From Candidatus Oxydemutator sp. (GTDB taxonomy: Bacteria; Pseudomonadota; Gammaproteobacteria; Poriferisulfidales; Oxydemutatoraceae), in the NCBI GenBank assembly GCA_965203445.1, contig OZ241883.1:832001-896000 (forward strand): a stretch of 64,000 nucleotides of DNA, in the 5' to 3' direction. Under the pieces are notes generated by a model. It saw only the letters and a list, made by a program, of their open reading frames with translations. It did no database searches and was not told where the DNA came from. The translations under genes and the position numbers were made by a program. Shown piece by piece: positions 9,701 to 24,700 of the stretch (positions are counted from its first letter, which is position 1; each line of letters begins with the position of its first letter).

Positions 9701-12700
9701 CGCTCCCGGTCGCACCGTGATCACCACCGTGTTCGTTGTCCGATCGCTCAACTGCCGTTCCACGGGCGACGACAAACCGCGCGTGTCCGTCGCCACCAGC
9801 ACGAACGTCAGGGTCTCGCTGCTCGCCAACTGCACCGGCGCCAGGAACGTCGTGCTGCGCGCCCCGGCGTCGCGCAACGACACCTGACTGCCGCTGATCT
9901 GACGCCAGCCATACACCAGCATCTCGTTCTCCGGATCGCTGCCATCGCCGGCCAGCGTCACCACGTCGCCCTCGTCCACCACCTGATCGGCACCCGCGTC
10001 CGCCGTCGGCGCGTCGTTCTCGCCCGGTCGCACCGTGACCACCACCGTGTTTGTCGTCATACCGGCATACTGCGCTTCCCTAGGCGACGCCAAGCCGCGC
10101 GTGTCCGACACCACCAGCACGAACGTCAGGGTCTCGCTACTCACCAACTGCACCGGCGCCGCGAACGTCGTGCGACGCGCTCCGGCCCCGTGCAACGTCA
10201 CCGTACTGCCGCTGACCTGACGCCAGCCATACACCAGCGACTCTCCCTCCGGATCCCTGCTGCCAACGCCGTCCAGCGCTACCACGTCGCCCTCGGACAC
10301 TATCTGGTCAGCGCCCGCGTTCGCCGTCGGCGCGTCGTTCACGCCGGCCTGCACCGTGATCACCACGACCACGGGGGCTGCATTACCGCCCCGATCATCG
10401 TTCACATACAACGTGAACTCCAAATCCTCGTCGTTGACCAACTGCGTCGGCGCCGTGAACGTCGTACGCCTGCTTTCGCCAAACCCCTCCAGATTCACAA
10501 AGTAAGACCTGAGCGGATTGCTGCCGGCTCCGGTTTGACTCCAGAAATACCTCAGCGCATCGCCTTCCGGATCGCGCGCGCTGCCGATCAGAACCACCAC
10601 GGCGCCCTCGGACACCACCTGATCAAGCCCGGCGTCCACCTCCGGCGCGTCGTTCGGGCCGGCGCGCACCGTGATCTCCACCGTGTTCGTCGTGTCATCA
10701 CCCGACTGCGCTTCCCTAGGCGACGACAAGCCGCGCACGTCCGACACCACCAGCACGAACGCAAGGGTCTCGTCACTCCTCAACTGCACCGGCGCCGCGA
10801 ACGTCGTCGTTACCGACAGCGCGTTCGTCAGCGTGACGCTCCTGCCGCCGATCTGACGCCAGCCATACCTCAGCATCTCTCTCTCCGGATCGCTGCTGCC
10901 GGTGCCGTCCAGCGTTACCACGTCGCCCTCGTCCACCACCTGATCGGCGCCCGCGTCCGCCATCGGCGCGTCGTTCTCGCCCGGTCGCACCGTGACCACC
11001 ACCGTGTTCGTCGTCCTGTCAGCATACTGCGCTTCCACGGGCGACGACAAACCGCGCGTGTCCGACACCACCAGCACGAACGTCAGGGTCTCGCTACTCG
11101 CCAACTGTACCGGCGCCGTGAACGTCGCGCTGCGCATCCCGGCGCCGCGCAACACCACCTGGCTGCCGCTGACCTGACGCCAGCCATACGTCAGATCCTC
11201 TCTCTCCGGATCGCTGCTGCCGACACCGTCCAGCGTTACCACGTCGCCCTCGTCCACCACCTGATCGGCGCCCGCGTCCGCCGTCGGCGCGTCGTTCTCG
11301 CCCGGTCGCACCGTGACCGCCACCAGGTTCCCCGTCATGCCGTCATACTGCGCTTCCACGGGCGACGACAGGCCGCGCGTATCCGACACCACCAGCACGA
11401 ACGCAAGGGTCTCGCTACTCGCCAACTGCACCGGCGCCGTGAACGTCGCGCTGCGCATCCCGGCGCCGCGCAACGTCACCTGGCTGCCGCTGACCTGACG
11501 CCAGCCATACGTCAGATCCTCTCTCTCCGGATCGCTGCTGCCGACACCATCCAGCGTTACCACGTCGCCCTCGTCCACCACCTGATCGGCGCCCGCGTCC
11601 GCCGTCGGCGCGTCGTTCTCGCCCGGGCGCACCGTGACCACCACCAAGTTCGACGTCCTGTCGGCATACTGCGCTTCCACGGGCGACGACAGACCGCGCG
11701 TGTCCGACACCACCAGCACGAACGCAAGAGTCTCGCTACTCACCAACTGTACCGGCGCCGTGAACGTCGCGCTGCGCATCCCGGCGCCGCGCAACGTCAC
11801 CTGGCTGCCGCTGACCTGACGCCAGCCATACGTCAGATCCTCTCTCTCCGGATCGCTGCTGCCTACGCCGTCCAGCGTTACCACCTCGCCCTCGTCCACC
11901 ACCTGATCGGCGCCCGCGTCCGCCACCGGCGCGTCGTTCTCGCCCGGTCGCACCGTGACCACCACCGTGTTCGTCGTCTGACCGCTCAACTGCCGTTCCA
12001 CGGGCGACGACAGACCGCGCGTGTCCGACACCACCAGCACGAACGCAAGAGTCTCGCTACTCGCCAACTGTAGCGGCGCCGTGAACGTCGCGCTGCGCAT
12101 CCCGGCGCCGTGCAACACCACCTGGCTGCCGCTGATCTGACGCCAGCCATACGTCAGATCCTCTCTCTCCGGATCGCTGCTGCCTACGCCGTCCAGCGTG
12201 ACCACGTCGCCCTCGTCCACCACCTGATCGGCGCCCGCGTCCGCCACCGGCGCGTCGTTCTCGCCCGCTCGCACCGTGACTACCGCCAGGTTCGTCGTCC
12301 TGCCGTCAAACTGCGCTTCCGCGGGCGACGACAGACCGCGCACGTCCGACACCACCAGCACGAACGCAAGGGTCTCGCTACTTACCAACTGCACCGGCGC
12401 CGTGAACGTCGCGCTGCGCATCCCGGCACCGCGCAACGTCACCCGGCTGCCGCTGATCTGACGCCAGCCATACGTCAGATCCTCTCTCTCCGGATCACTG
12501 CTACCAACGCCGTCCAGCGTCACCACGTCGCCCTCGTCCACCACCTGATCGGCGCCCGCGTCCGCCGTCGGCGCGTCGTTCTCGCCCGGCAACACCTCGA
12601 CCGACACCTCGGCAGACGAACTCGCATTGCGCCGGTCCGTCGCCGTCAGACGGAATACCAGCGTCGCCGTCTCCGCCAACTGCACCGGCGCCCTGAAACT

Positions 12701-15700
12701 CGCCCTATCCGTCGTCGGCTCGCCCAACCCTACGTCAATACCGCCCGTCTGTTCCCATCTATACGACAGACGGCCGCCATCGGTGTCCGTCGCACTGCCG
12801 CGCAACGTGACCTCCGCACCTTCATCCACCACTTGATCCGAACCGGCATCCACCATCGGCGGCGTGTTGACCCCCAACTCCACATAGACCACCAAATCAT
12901 CGGTCGTCGCCGCATCGCGCTCGTCCGTAACACGCAACGCAAACGCTATCTCCGTCGCCGAACTCAAACCCGTCGGTATCACAAAGCTCGTAATCCTCGA
13001 CGACGCATCGCTCAACGCAACTCCCAGCACCTCCGCACCGCTGGTCTGACTCCACCGATACCTCAACTCCTCGCCCTCAGGATCATAGGCGCTGCCGCGC
13101 AATACCACCACGTCGCCCTCGCCCGCAAGCAGATCATCGCCCGCGTCCACCACCGGCGCGTCGTTCGCGCCCGCGCGCACCGTGACCACCACCGTGTTCG
13201 TCGTCTGACCAGCATACTGCGCCTCCACGGGCGACGACAAACCGCGCACGTCCGACACCACCAGCACGAACGTCAGGGTCTCGTCGCTCACCAACTGCTC
13301 CGGCGCCACAAACGTCGTGCTGCGCGCTCCGGCGTCGTGCAACGACACCTGACTGCCGCTGACCTGACGCCAGCCATACACCAGCATCTCGTTCTCCGGA
13401 TCGCTGCTGCCTGCGCCGTCCAGCGTCACCACCGCGCCCTCGTCCACCATCTGATCGGCGCCCGCGTTCGCCGTCGGCGCGTCGTTCTCGCCCGGGCGCA
13501 CCGCGACCGACACCGTGGCCGTGCCCACCGCGTCGCGCTCGTCCGTTACCGTCAACTCGAACACCAGCGTCGCCGTCTCCGCCAACTGCACCGGCGCCGT
13601 GAACGTCGCGGTGGCCGTGGCGGTGGTCATGGCGCCTATCGTCGCTCCCGTCAGCGCAACTCGACCGCCGCCGACCTGACGCCAGCCATAGCTCAACTCC
13701 TCTCTCTCCGGATCGTCGCTGCCGTCGCCGTCCAGCGTTACCATCTCGCCCTCGCCCACCACCTGATCATCGCCCGCGTCCGCCAACGGCGCGTCGTTCT
13801 CGCCCGCGCGCACCGTGATCACCACCGTGTTCGTCGTCTGACCGCTCAACTGCCGCTCCCTCGGCGACGACAGTCCCCGCGTGTCCGTCACCACCAGCAC
13901 GAACGTCAGGGTCTCGCTATTCACCAGCTGCTCCGGCGCCACAAACGTCGTGCTGCGCGCCCCGGCGTCGTGCAACGACACCTGGCTGCCGTCGACCTGA
14001 CGCCAGCCATACGTCAGATCCTCTCTCTCTGGATCACTGCTGCCTGCGCCGTCCAGCGTTACCACCTCGCCCTCGTCCACCATCTGATCATCGCCCGCAT
14101 CCGCCGTCGGCGCATCGTTCTCGCCCGGTCGCACCGCGACCGACACCTCGGCAGACGAACTCGCATTGCGCCGGTCCGTCGCCGTCAGACGGAACACCAG
14201 CGTCGCCGTCTCCGCCAACTGCACCGGCGCCCTGAAACTCGCCCTATTCGTCGTCGGTTCGCCCAGCCCCACGTCAATACCGCCAATCTGTTCCCATCTA
14301 TACGACAGACGGCCACCCTCGGTGTCCGTCGCACTGCCGCGCAACGTGACCTCCGCACCTTCGTCCACCACTTGATCCGAACCGGCATCCACCACCGGCG
14401 GCGTGTTGACCCCCAACTCCACATAGACCACCAAATCATCGGTCGTCGCGGCACCGCGCTCGTCCGTAACACGCAACGCAAACGCTATCTCCGTCGCCGA
14501 ACTCAAACCCGTCGGTATCACAAAGCTCGTAATCCTCGACGACGCATCGCTCAACGCAACTCCCAGCACCTCCGCACCGCTGGTCTGACTCCACCGATAC
14601 CTCAACTCCTCGTCCTCAGGATCATAGGCGCTGCCGCGCAGCACCACCACGTCGCCCTCGCCAGCAAGCAGATTATCGCCCGCGTCCACCACCGGCGCGT
14701 CGTTCGCTCCCGCTCGCACTTCGACCACTACCGTGTCCGTGTCCGTCGCCCCGCGCGCGTCCGCCACCGTCAACTCGAACACCAGCGTCGCCGTCTCCAC
14801 CAACTGCTCCGGCGCCGTGAACGTCGTGGTGGTCACGGCGCCTATCGTCGCTCCCGTCAGCGTCACTCGACCGCCGCCGATCTGACGCCAGCCATACGTC
14901 AGATCCTCTCTCTCTGGATCACTGCTGCCATCGCCGTCCAGCGTTACCAGTCCGCCCTCGTCCACCACCTGATCATCACCCGCGTCCGCCACCGGCGCGT
15001 CGTTCTCGCCCGCGCGCACCGTCACCACCACCGTCGCCGTCGTCGAAACCGCACCACGCGTGTCCGTTACACGCAGCGCAAACTCCAATTCCTCATCCGA
15101 CACCAACTGCACCGGCGCCGTGAAACTCGCGGTTACCGACATCGCGTTCGTCAGCGTAACGCGCACGCCCCGGGTCTGACTCCAGACATACACCAGCGCT
15201 TCTTTCTCCGGATCGTTACTGGCGTCGCCGTCCAGTATCACCACCGCGCCCTCGTCCACCACCTGATCATCGCCCGCGTCCGCCACCGGCGCGTCGTTCG
15301 CGCCCGGGCGCACCGTGATCACCACCGTGTTCGTCGTCCGATCGCTCAACTGCCGCTCCGCAGGCGACGACAGTCCGCGCGTGTCCGTCGCCACCAGCAC
15401 GAACGTCAGGGTCTCGCTGCTCACCAACTGCACCGGCGCCACAAACGTCGTGCTGCGCGCCCCGGCGTCGTACAACGACACCTGACTGCCGCTGATCTGA
15501 CGCCAGCCATACACCAGCATCTCGTCCTCCGGATCGCTGCCCGCGCCGGCCAGCGTCACCACGTCGCCCTCGTCCACCACCTGATCGGCGCCCGCGTCCG
15601 CCACCGGCGCGTCATTCTCGCCCGGAACCACCTCGACCACCACCGTGGCCGTGCCCGTCGCGTCGCGCGCGTCCGTTACCGTCAACTCGAACACCAGCGT

Positions 15701-18700
15701 CGCCGTCTCCGCCAACTGCGTCGGCGCCATGAACGTCGCAGTGGTCCTGGAGCCTATCGTCGCTCCCGTCAGCGTCACTCGATCGCCGCCGATTTGACGC
15801 CAGCCATACCTCAACTCCTCTCTCTCCGGATCCCTGCTGGCTACGCCGTCCAGCGCCACCATCTCGCCCTCGTCCACCACCTGATTGGCACCCGCATCCG
15901 CCGTCGGCGCATCGTTCGCGCCCGGGCGCACCGTGATCACCACCGTGTTCGTCGTCTGATCACTCAACTGACGATCCCTCGGCGACGACAGTCCGCGCGT
16001 GTCCGTCGCCACCAGCACGAACGTCAGGGTCTCGCTGCTCACCAACTGCACCGGCGCTTTGAACGTCGTGCTGCGCGCCCCGGCGTCGTGCAACGACACC
16101 TGACTGCCGCTGATCTGACGCCAGCCATACACCAGCATCTCGTCCTCCGGATCGCTGCCCGCGCCGGCCAGCGTCACCACGTCGCCCTCGTCCACCACCT
16201 GATCATCGCCCGCGTCCGCCGTCGGCGCGTCGTTCTCGCCCGGAACCACCTCGACCGACACCGTGTCCGTGCCCGTCGCGTCGCGCGCGTCCGTTACCGT
16301 CAACTCGAACACCAGCGTCGCCGTCTCCGCCAACTGCGTCGGCGCCGTGAACGTCGCGGTTACCGACATCGCGTTCGTCAGCGTGACTCCCCTGCCGCCG
16401 ACCTGACGCCAGTCATACCTCAACTCCTCTCTCTCCGGATCCCTGCTGGCTACGCCGTCCAGCGTCACCATCCCGCCCTCGTCCACCACCTGATCATCAC
16501 CCGCGTCCGCTATCGGCGCATCGTTCGCGCCCGGACGCACCGTGATCACCACCGTGTTCGTCGTATCATCGCTCAACTGCCGCTCCGCAGGCGACGACAG
16601 ACCGCGCGTGTCCGTCGCCACCAGCACGAACGTCAGGGTCTCGCTGCTCACCAACTGCACCGGCGCTTGGAACGTCGTGCTGCGCGCCCCGGCGTCGTGC
16701 AACGACACCTGACTGCCGCTGATCTGACGCCAGCCATACACCAGCACCTCGTCCTCCGGATCGCTGCCAACCCCGTCCAGCGTCACCACCTCGCCCTCGT
16801 CCACCACCTGGTCGGCGCCCGCGTCCGCCGTCGGCGCGTCGTTCTCGCCCGCGCGCACCGTCACCACCACCGTCGCCGTCGTCGAACCCGCACCACGCGT
16901 GTCCGTTACACGCAGCGCAAACTCCAACTCCTCATCCGACACCAACTGCGACGGCGCCGTGAAACTCGCGGTTACCGACTGCGCGTTCGTCAGCGCAACG
17001 CGCACACCCCGGGTCTGACTCCAGACATACGCAAGCGCTTCTTTCTCCGGATCGCTGCTGGCGCCGCCGTCCAGTATCACCACCGCGCCCTCGGACACCA
17101 CCTGCGCAACACCGGCGTCCGCCGTCGGCGCGTCGTTCGCCCCCGCTCGCACCGTGATCATCACCGTGTTCGTCGCGTTCACCCCGCTCACGCTCCGACC
17201 CCGTATCCGAGAACGCGTCGAAGACTCGCCGCGCTCGTCCGTCGCCACCAGCAGAAACTCCAATACCTCGTCTTCCACCAGCTGCGACGGCGCCGTGAAC
17301 GTCGCCACCGCCGACTGCGCGCTCGTCAGTGTGACCCTCCTGCCCACGGTCTGGCTCCAGCGATACCTCAACGTCTCCCTCTCCAGATCGCTGCCGACGC
17401 CGCTCAAAACCACCACCGCGCTCTCCGATACGACCTGATCCTCCCCGACCCGCACCGTCGGCGCATCGTTCTCGCCCGGCACCACCTCGACCACCACCGT
17501 GGCCGTGCCCACCGCGTCGCGCGCGTCCGTTACCGTCAACTCGAACACCAGCGTCGCCGTCTCCGCCAACTGCTCCGGCGCCGTGAACGTCGTGGTTACC
17601 GACATCGCGTTCGTCAGCGTGACCCCCCTGCCGCCGACCTGACGCCAGCCATACCTCAACTCCTCTCTCTCCGGATCCCTGCTGGCTACGCCGTCCAGCG
17701 TCACCATCTCGCCCTCGTCCACCACCTGATTGGCGCCCGCGTCCGCCAACGGTGCGTCGTTCTCGCCCGGGCGCACCGTGATCACCACCGTATTCGTCGT
17801 ATCATCGCTCAACTGCCGCTCCGCAGGCGACGACAACCCCCGCGTGTCCGTCGCCACCAGCACGAACGTCAGGGTCTCGCTGCTCGCCAACTGCACCGGC
17901 GCCAGGAACGTCGTGCTGCGCGCCCCGGCGTCGTGCAACGACACCTGACTGCCGCTGATCTGGCGCCAGCCATACACCAGCATCTCGTTCTCCGGATCGC
18001 TGCCCGCGCCGGCCAGCGTCACCACCTCGCCCTCGTCCACCACTTGGTCGGCGCCCGCGTCCGCCACCGGCGCGTCGTTCTCGCCCGGGCGCACCGTGAT
18101 CACCACCGTGTTCGTCGTCCGATCGCTCAACTGCCGTCCCACGGGCGACGACAAACCCCGCGTGTCCGTCGCCACCAGCACGAACGTCAGGGTCTCGCTG
18201 CTCACCAACTGCACCGGCGCCACAAACGTCGTGCTGCGCGCCCCGGCGTCGTGCAACGACACCTGACTGCCGCTGATCTGACGCCAGCCATACACCAGCA
18301 TCTCGTCCTCCGGATCGCTGCCCGCGCCGGCCAGCGTCACCACGTCGCCCTCGTCCACCACCTGATCGGCGCCCGCGTCCGCCGTCGGCGCGTCGTTCGG
18401 CCCCGGCAACACCTCGACCGTCACCTCGTCCGACGAACTCGCATTGCGTACGTCCGTCACCGTAAGCCTGAACACCAGCGTCGCCGTCTCCGCCAACTGC
18501 ACCGGCGCCGTGAAACTCGTGTTATCCGTCGTCGGCTCGCCCAACCCCACGTCGCGACCGCCGGTCTGTTCCCACCTATACGCCAAAACACCGCCCTCGG
18601 TGTCTCTCGCTCCGCCGCTCAATCGTACCGTTTCCCCTTCGCCAACCACTTGGTCAAGGCCCGCCTCCGCCACCGGCGGCGTGTTGGCTCCCAACTCCAC

Positions 18701-21700
18701 CGTAATGAGCACGGTGGCGGTCGCCGCCAGATCGCGCGCGTCCGTCGCCCTCAATGCAAATCCCAGCACCGCCGCCTCCGCCAGACCCGACGGCGCCACG
18801 AAGCTCGCGTTGATAGACGTTGCGTCTCTCAACGTAACCAACGGTTGACCGCTGGTCTGGCTCCATTGATACCTCAGACTCTCCAACTCCGGATCAAACG
18901 CGCTGCCACGCAGGGTTACCGTCTGGCCTTCGCTGACGAGCCGGTCGTCACCCGCACCCACCACCGGCGCGTCGTTCGGCCCGGCCTGCACCGTGATTAC
19001 CACGACCACGGGGGCCGCATGACCGCTCCGATCATCGGACACATACAACGTGAACTCCAAATCCTCGTCATTGGCCAACTGCGTCGGCGCCGTGAACGTC
19101 GTACGCCTGCTTTCGCCAAACCCCTCCAGATTCACAAAGTAAGACCTGAGCGGATTGCTGCCGGCTCCGGTTTGACCCCAGCGATACGTCAGCGCATCGC
19201 CTTCCGGATCGCGCGCGCTGCCGATCAGAACCACCACGGCGCCCTCGGACACGATCTGAGCAGGCCCGGCGTCCGCCACCGGCGCATCATTCGGGCCGGC
19301 GCGCACCGTGACCTCCACCGTGTTCGGCGTGTCATCACCCGACTGCGCTTCCCTAGGCGACGACAAACCGCGCGTATCCGTCACCACCAGCACGAACGCA
19401 AGGGTCTCGCTACTTATCAACTGCACCGGCGCCGCGAACGTCGTGGTTACCGACAGCGCGTTCGTCAGCGTGACGCTCCTGCCGCCGATCTGACGCCAGC
19501 CATACACCAGCATCTCGTCCTCCGGATCGCTGCTGCCGACACCGTCCAGCGTTACCACGTCGCCCTCGGACACGACCTGATCAAGCCCGGCGGCCGCCAT
19601 CGGCGCGTCGTTCTCGCCCGGGCGCACCGTGATCACCACCAAGTTCCCCGTCATGCCGTCAAACTGCGCTTCCACGGGAGACGACAAACCGCGCGTGTCC
19701 GACACCACCAGCACGAACGTCAGGGTCTCGCTACTTACCAACTGTAGCGGCGCCGTGAACGTCGCGCTGCGCATCCCGGCACCGCGCAACACCACCTGGC
19801 TGCCGCTGACCTGACGCCAGCCATACGTCAGATCCTCTCTCTCCGGATCGCTGCTGCCGACACCGTCCAGCGTGACCACGTCGCCCTCGTCCACCACCTG
19901 ATCGGCGCCCGCGTCCGCCACCGGCGCGTCGTTCTCGCCCGCTCGCACCGTGACCGCCACCAAGTTCCCCGTCATGCCGTCATACTGCGCTTCCACGGGC
20001 GACGACAAACCGCGCGTGTCCGACACCACCAGCACGAACGCAAGGGTCTCGCTACTCGCCAACTGTACCGGCGCCGTGAACGTCGCGCTGCGCATCCCGG
20101 CCCCGTGCAACGTCACCTGGCTGCCGCTGACCTGACGCCAGCCATACGTCAGATCCTCTCTCTCCGGATCGCTGCTGCCGATGCCGTCCAGCGTTACCAC
20201 GTCACCCTCGTCCACCACCTGATCGGCGCCCGCGTCCGCCGTCGGCGCGTCGTTCTCGCCCGGTCGCACCGTGACCACCACCGTGTTTGTCGTCCTGTCA
20301 GCAAACCGCGCTTCCCGTGGCGACGACAAACCGCGCGTGTCCGACACCACCAGCACGAATGAAAAGGTCTCGCTACTCACCAACTGTACCGGCGCCGTGA
20401 ACGTCACGATGCGCATCCCGGCGCCGTGCAACACCACCTGGCTGCCGCTGACCTGACGCCAGCCATACACCAGCATCTCGTCCTCCGGATCGCTGCTGCC
20501 TACGCCGTCCAGCGTTACCACCTCGCCCTCGTCCACTATCTGATCGGCGCCCGCGTCCACCATCGGCGCGTCGTTCTCGCCCGGTCGCACCGTGACCACC
20601 ACCGTGTTCGTCGTCTGACCGCTCAACTGCCGTTCCACGGGCGACGACAGTCCGCGCGTGTCCGACACCACCAGCACGAACGCAAGAGTCTCGCTACTCG
20701 CCAACTGTAGCGGCGCCGTGAACGTCGCGCTGCGCATCCCGGCGCCGCGCAACACCACCTGGCTGCCGCTGATCTGACGCCAGCCATACGTCAGATCCTC
20801 TCTCTCCGGATCGCTGCTGCCTACGCCGTCCAGCGTGACCACGTCGCCCTCGTCCACCACCTGATCGGCGCCCGCGTCCGCCACCGGCGCGTCGTTCTCG
20901 CCCGCTCGCACCGTGACTACCGCCAGGTTCGTCGTCCTGCCGTCAAACTGCGCTTCCGCGGGCGACGACAGACCGCGCACGTCCGACACCACCAGCATGA
21001 ACGCAAGGGTCTCGCTATTCACCAACTGCACCGGCGCCGTGAACGTCGCACTGCGCATCCCGGCACCGCGCAACGACACCCGGCTGCCGCTGATCTGACG
21101 CCAGGCATACGTCAGATCCTCTCTCTCCGGATCACTGCTACCGACGCCGTCCAGCGTCACCACGTCGCCCTCGTCCACCATCTGATCGGCGCCCGCGTCC
21201 GCCGTCGGCGCGTCGTTCTCGCCCGGCAACACCTCGACCGACACCTCGGCAGACGAACTCGCATTGCGCCGATCCGTCGCCGTCAGCCGGAACACCAGCG
21301 TCGCCGTCTCCGCCAACTGCACCGGCGCCCTGAAACTCGCCCTGTCCGTCGTCGGCTCGCCCAGCCCCACGTCAATACCATCCGTCTGTTCCCACCTATA
21401 CAACAGACGGCCGCCCTCGGTGTCCGTCGCACTGCCGCGCAACGTGACCTCCGCACCTTCGTCCACCACTTGATCCGAACCGGCATCCACCATCGGCGGC
21501 GTGTTGACCCCCAACTCCACATAGACCACCAAGTCATCGGTCGTCGCCGCATCGCGCTCGTCCGTAACACGCAACGCAAACGCTATCTCCGTCGCCGAAC
21601 TCAAACCCGTCGGTATCACAAAGCTCGTAATCCTCGACGACGCATCGCTCAACGCAACGCCCAGCACCTCCGCACCGCTGGTCTGACTCCACCGATACCT

Positions 21701-24700
21701 CAACTCCTCGCCCTCAGGATCATAGGCGCTGCCGCGCAATACCACCACGTCGCCCTCGCCCGCAAGCAGATCATCGCCCGCGTCCACCACCGGCGCGTCG
21801 TTCGCGCCCGCACGCACCGTGACCACCACCGTGTTCGTCGTCTGACCAGCATACTGCGCCTCCACGGGCGACGACAAACCGCGCACGTCCGACACCACCA
21901 GCACGAACGTCAGGGTCTCGTTGCTCACCAACTGCTGCGGCGCCACGAACGTCGTGCTGCGCGCTCCGGCATCGTGCAACGACACCTGACTGCCGCTGAT
22001 CTGACGCCAGCCATACACCAGCATCTCGTTCTCTGGATCGCTGCTGCCTGCGCCGTCCAGCGTCACCACCGCGCCCTCGTCCACCATCTGATCGGCGCCC
22101 GCGTTCGCCGTCGGCGCGTCGTTCTCGCCCGGGCGCACCGCGACCGACACCGTGTCCGTGCCCACCGCGTCGCGCGCGTCCGTTACCGTCAACTCGAACA
22201 CCAGCGTCGCCGTCTCCGCCAACTGCGTCGGCGCCGTGAACGTCGCGGTGGCCGTGGCGGTGGTCGTGGCGCCTACCGTCTCTCCCGTCAGCGCAACTCG
22301 ACCGCCGCCGACCTGACGCCAGCCATAGCTCAACTCCTCTCTCTCCGGATCGTCGCTGCCGTCGCCGTCCAGCGTTACCATCTCGCCCTCGTCCACCACC
22401 TGATCATCGCCCGCGTCCGCCACCGGCGCGTCGTTCTCGCCCGCGCGCACCGTGACCACCACCGTGTTCGTCGTCTGACCGCTCAACTGCCGTTCCACCG
22501 GCGACGACAGACCCCGCGTGTCCGTCACCACCAGCACGAACGTCAGGGTCTCGCTATTCACCAGCTGCTCCGGCGCCACAAACGTCGTGCTGCGCGCCCC
22601 GGCGTCGTGCAACGGCACCTGGCTGCCGTCGACCTGACGCCAGCCATACGTCAGATCCTCTCTCTCTGGATCACTGCTGCCTGCACCGTCCAGCGTTACC
22701 ACCTCGCCCTCGTCCACCATCTGATCATCGCCCGCATCCGCCGTCGGCGCATCGTTCTCGCCCGGTCGCACCGCGACCGACACCTCGGCAGACGAACTCG
22801 CATTGCGCCGGTCCGTCGCCGTCAGACGGAACACCAGCGTCGCCGTCTCCGCCAACTGCACCGGCGCCCTGAAACTCGCCCTATTCGTCGTCGGTTCGCC
22901 CAGCCCCACGTCAATACCGCCAATCTGTTCCCATCTATACGACAGACGGCCACCCTCGGTGTCCGTCGCACTGCCGCGCAACGTGACCTCGGCGCCTTCG
23001 CCTACCACTTGATCCGAACCGGCATCCACCATCGGCGGCGTGTTGACCCCCAACTCCACATAGACCACCAAATCATCGGTCGTCGCGGCACCGCGCTCGT
23101 CCGTAACACGCAACGCAAACGCTATCTCCGTCGCCGAACTCAAACCCGTCGGTATCACAAAGCTCGTAATCCTAGACGACGCATCGCTCAACGTAACTCC
23201 CAGCACCTCCGCACCGCTGGTCTGACTCCACCGATACCTCAACTCCTCGTCCTCAGGATCATAGGCGCTGCCGCGCAGCACCACCACGTCGCCCTCGCCC
23301 GCAAGCAGATTATCGCCCGCGTCCACCACCGGCGCGTCGTTCGCTCCCGCTCGCACTTCGACCACTACCGTGTCCGTGTCCGTCGCCCCGCGCGCGTCCG
23401 CCACCGTCAACTCGAACACCAGCGTCGCCGTCTCCACCAACTGCATCGGCGCCGTGAACGTCACGGTGGTCGTCGTGGTGGTCGTGGCGCCTATCGTCGC
23501 TCCCGTCAGCGTCACTCGACCGCCGCCGATCTGACGCCAGCCATACGTCAGATCCTCTCTCTCTGGATCACTGCTGCCATCGCCGTCCAGCGTTACCAGT
23601 CCGCCCTCGTCCACCACCTGATCATCGCCCGCGTCCGCCACCGGCGCGTCGTTCTCGCCCGCGCGCACCGTCACCACCACCGTCGCCGTCGTCGAAACCG
23701 CACCACGCGTGTCCGTTACACGCAGCGCAAACTCCAACTCCTCATCCGACACCAACTGCATCGGCGCCGTGAAACTCGCGGTTACCGACATCGCGTTCGT
23801 CAGCGTAACGCGCACGCCCCGGGTCTGACTCCAGACATACACCAGCGCTTCTTTCTCCGGATCGTTACTGGCGTCGCCGTCCAGTATCACCACCGCGCCC
23901 TCGTCCACCACCTGATCATCGCCCGCGTCCGCCACCGGCGCATCGTTCGCGCCCGGACGCACCGTGATCACCACCGTGTTCGTCGTCTGATCACTCAACT
24001 GACGATCCCTCGGCGACGACAACCCGCGCGTGTCCGTCGCCACCAGCACGAACGTCAGGGTCTCGCTGCTCACCAGCTGCACCGGCGCCACAAACGTCGT
24101 GCTGCGCGCCCCGGCGTCGTGCAACGACACCTGACTGCCGCTGATCTGACGCCAGCCATACACCAACATCTCGTCCTCCGGATCGCTGCCCGCGCCGGCC
24201 AGCGTCACCACGTCGCCCTCGTCCACCACCTGATCGGCGCCCGCGTCCGCCGTCGGTGCGTCGTTCTCGCCCGGAACCACCTCGACCACCACCGTGGCCG
24301 TGCCCGTCGCGTCGCGCGCGTCCGTTACCGTCAACTCGAACACCAGCGTCGCCGTCTCCGCCAACTGCACCAGCGCCGTGAACGTCGCGGTTACCGACAT
24401 CGCGTTCGTCAGCGTGACTCCCCTGCCGCCGACCTGACGCCAGCCATACCTCAACTCCTCTCTCTCCGGATCCCCGCTGGCTACGCCGTCCAGCGTCACC
24501 ATCTCGCCCTCGTCCACCACCTGATTGGCGCCCGCGTCCGCTATCGGCGCATCGTTCGCGCCCGGACGCACCGTGATCACCACCGTGTTCGTCGTCTGAT
24601 CACTCAACTGACGATCCGCAGGCGACGACAGACCGCGCGTGTCCGTCGCCACCAGCACGAACGTCAGGGTCTCGCTGCTCACCAACTGCACCGGCGCTTT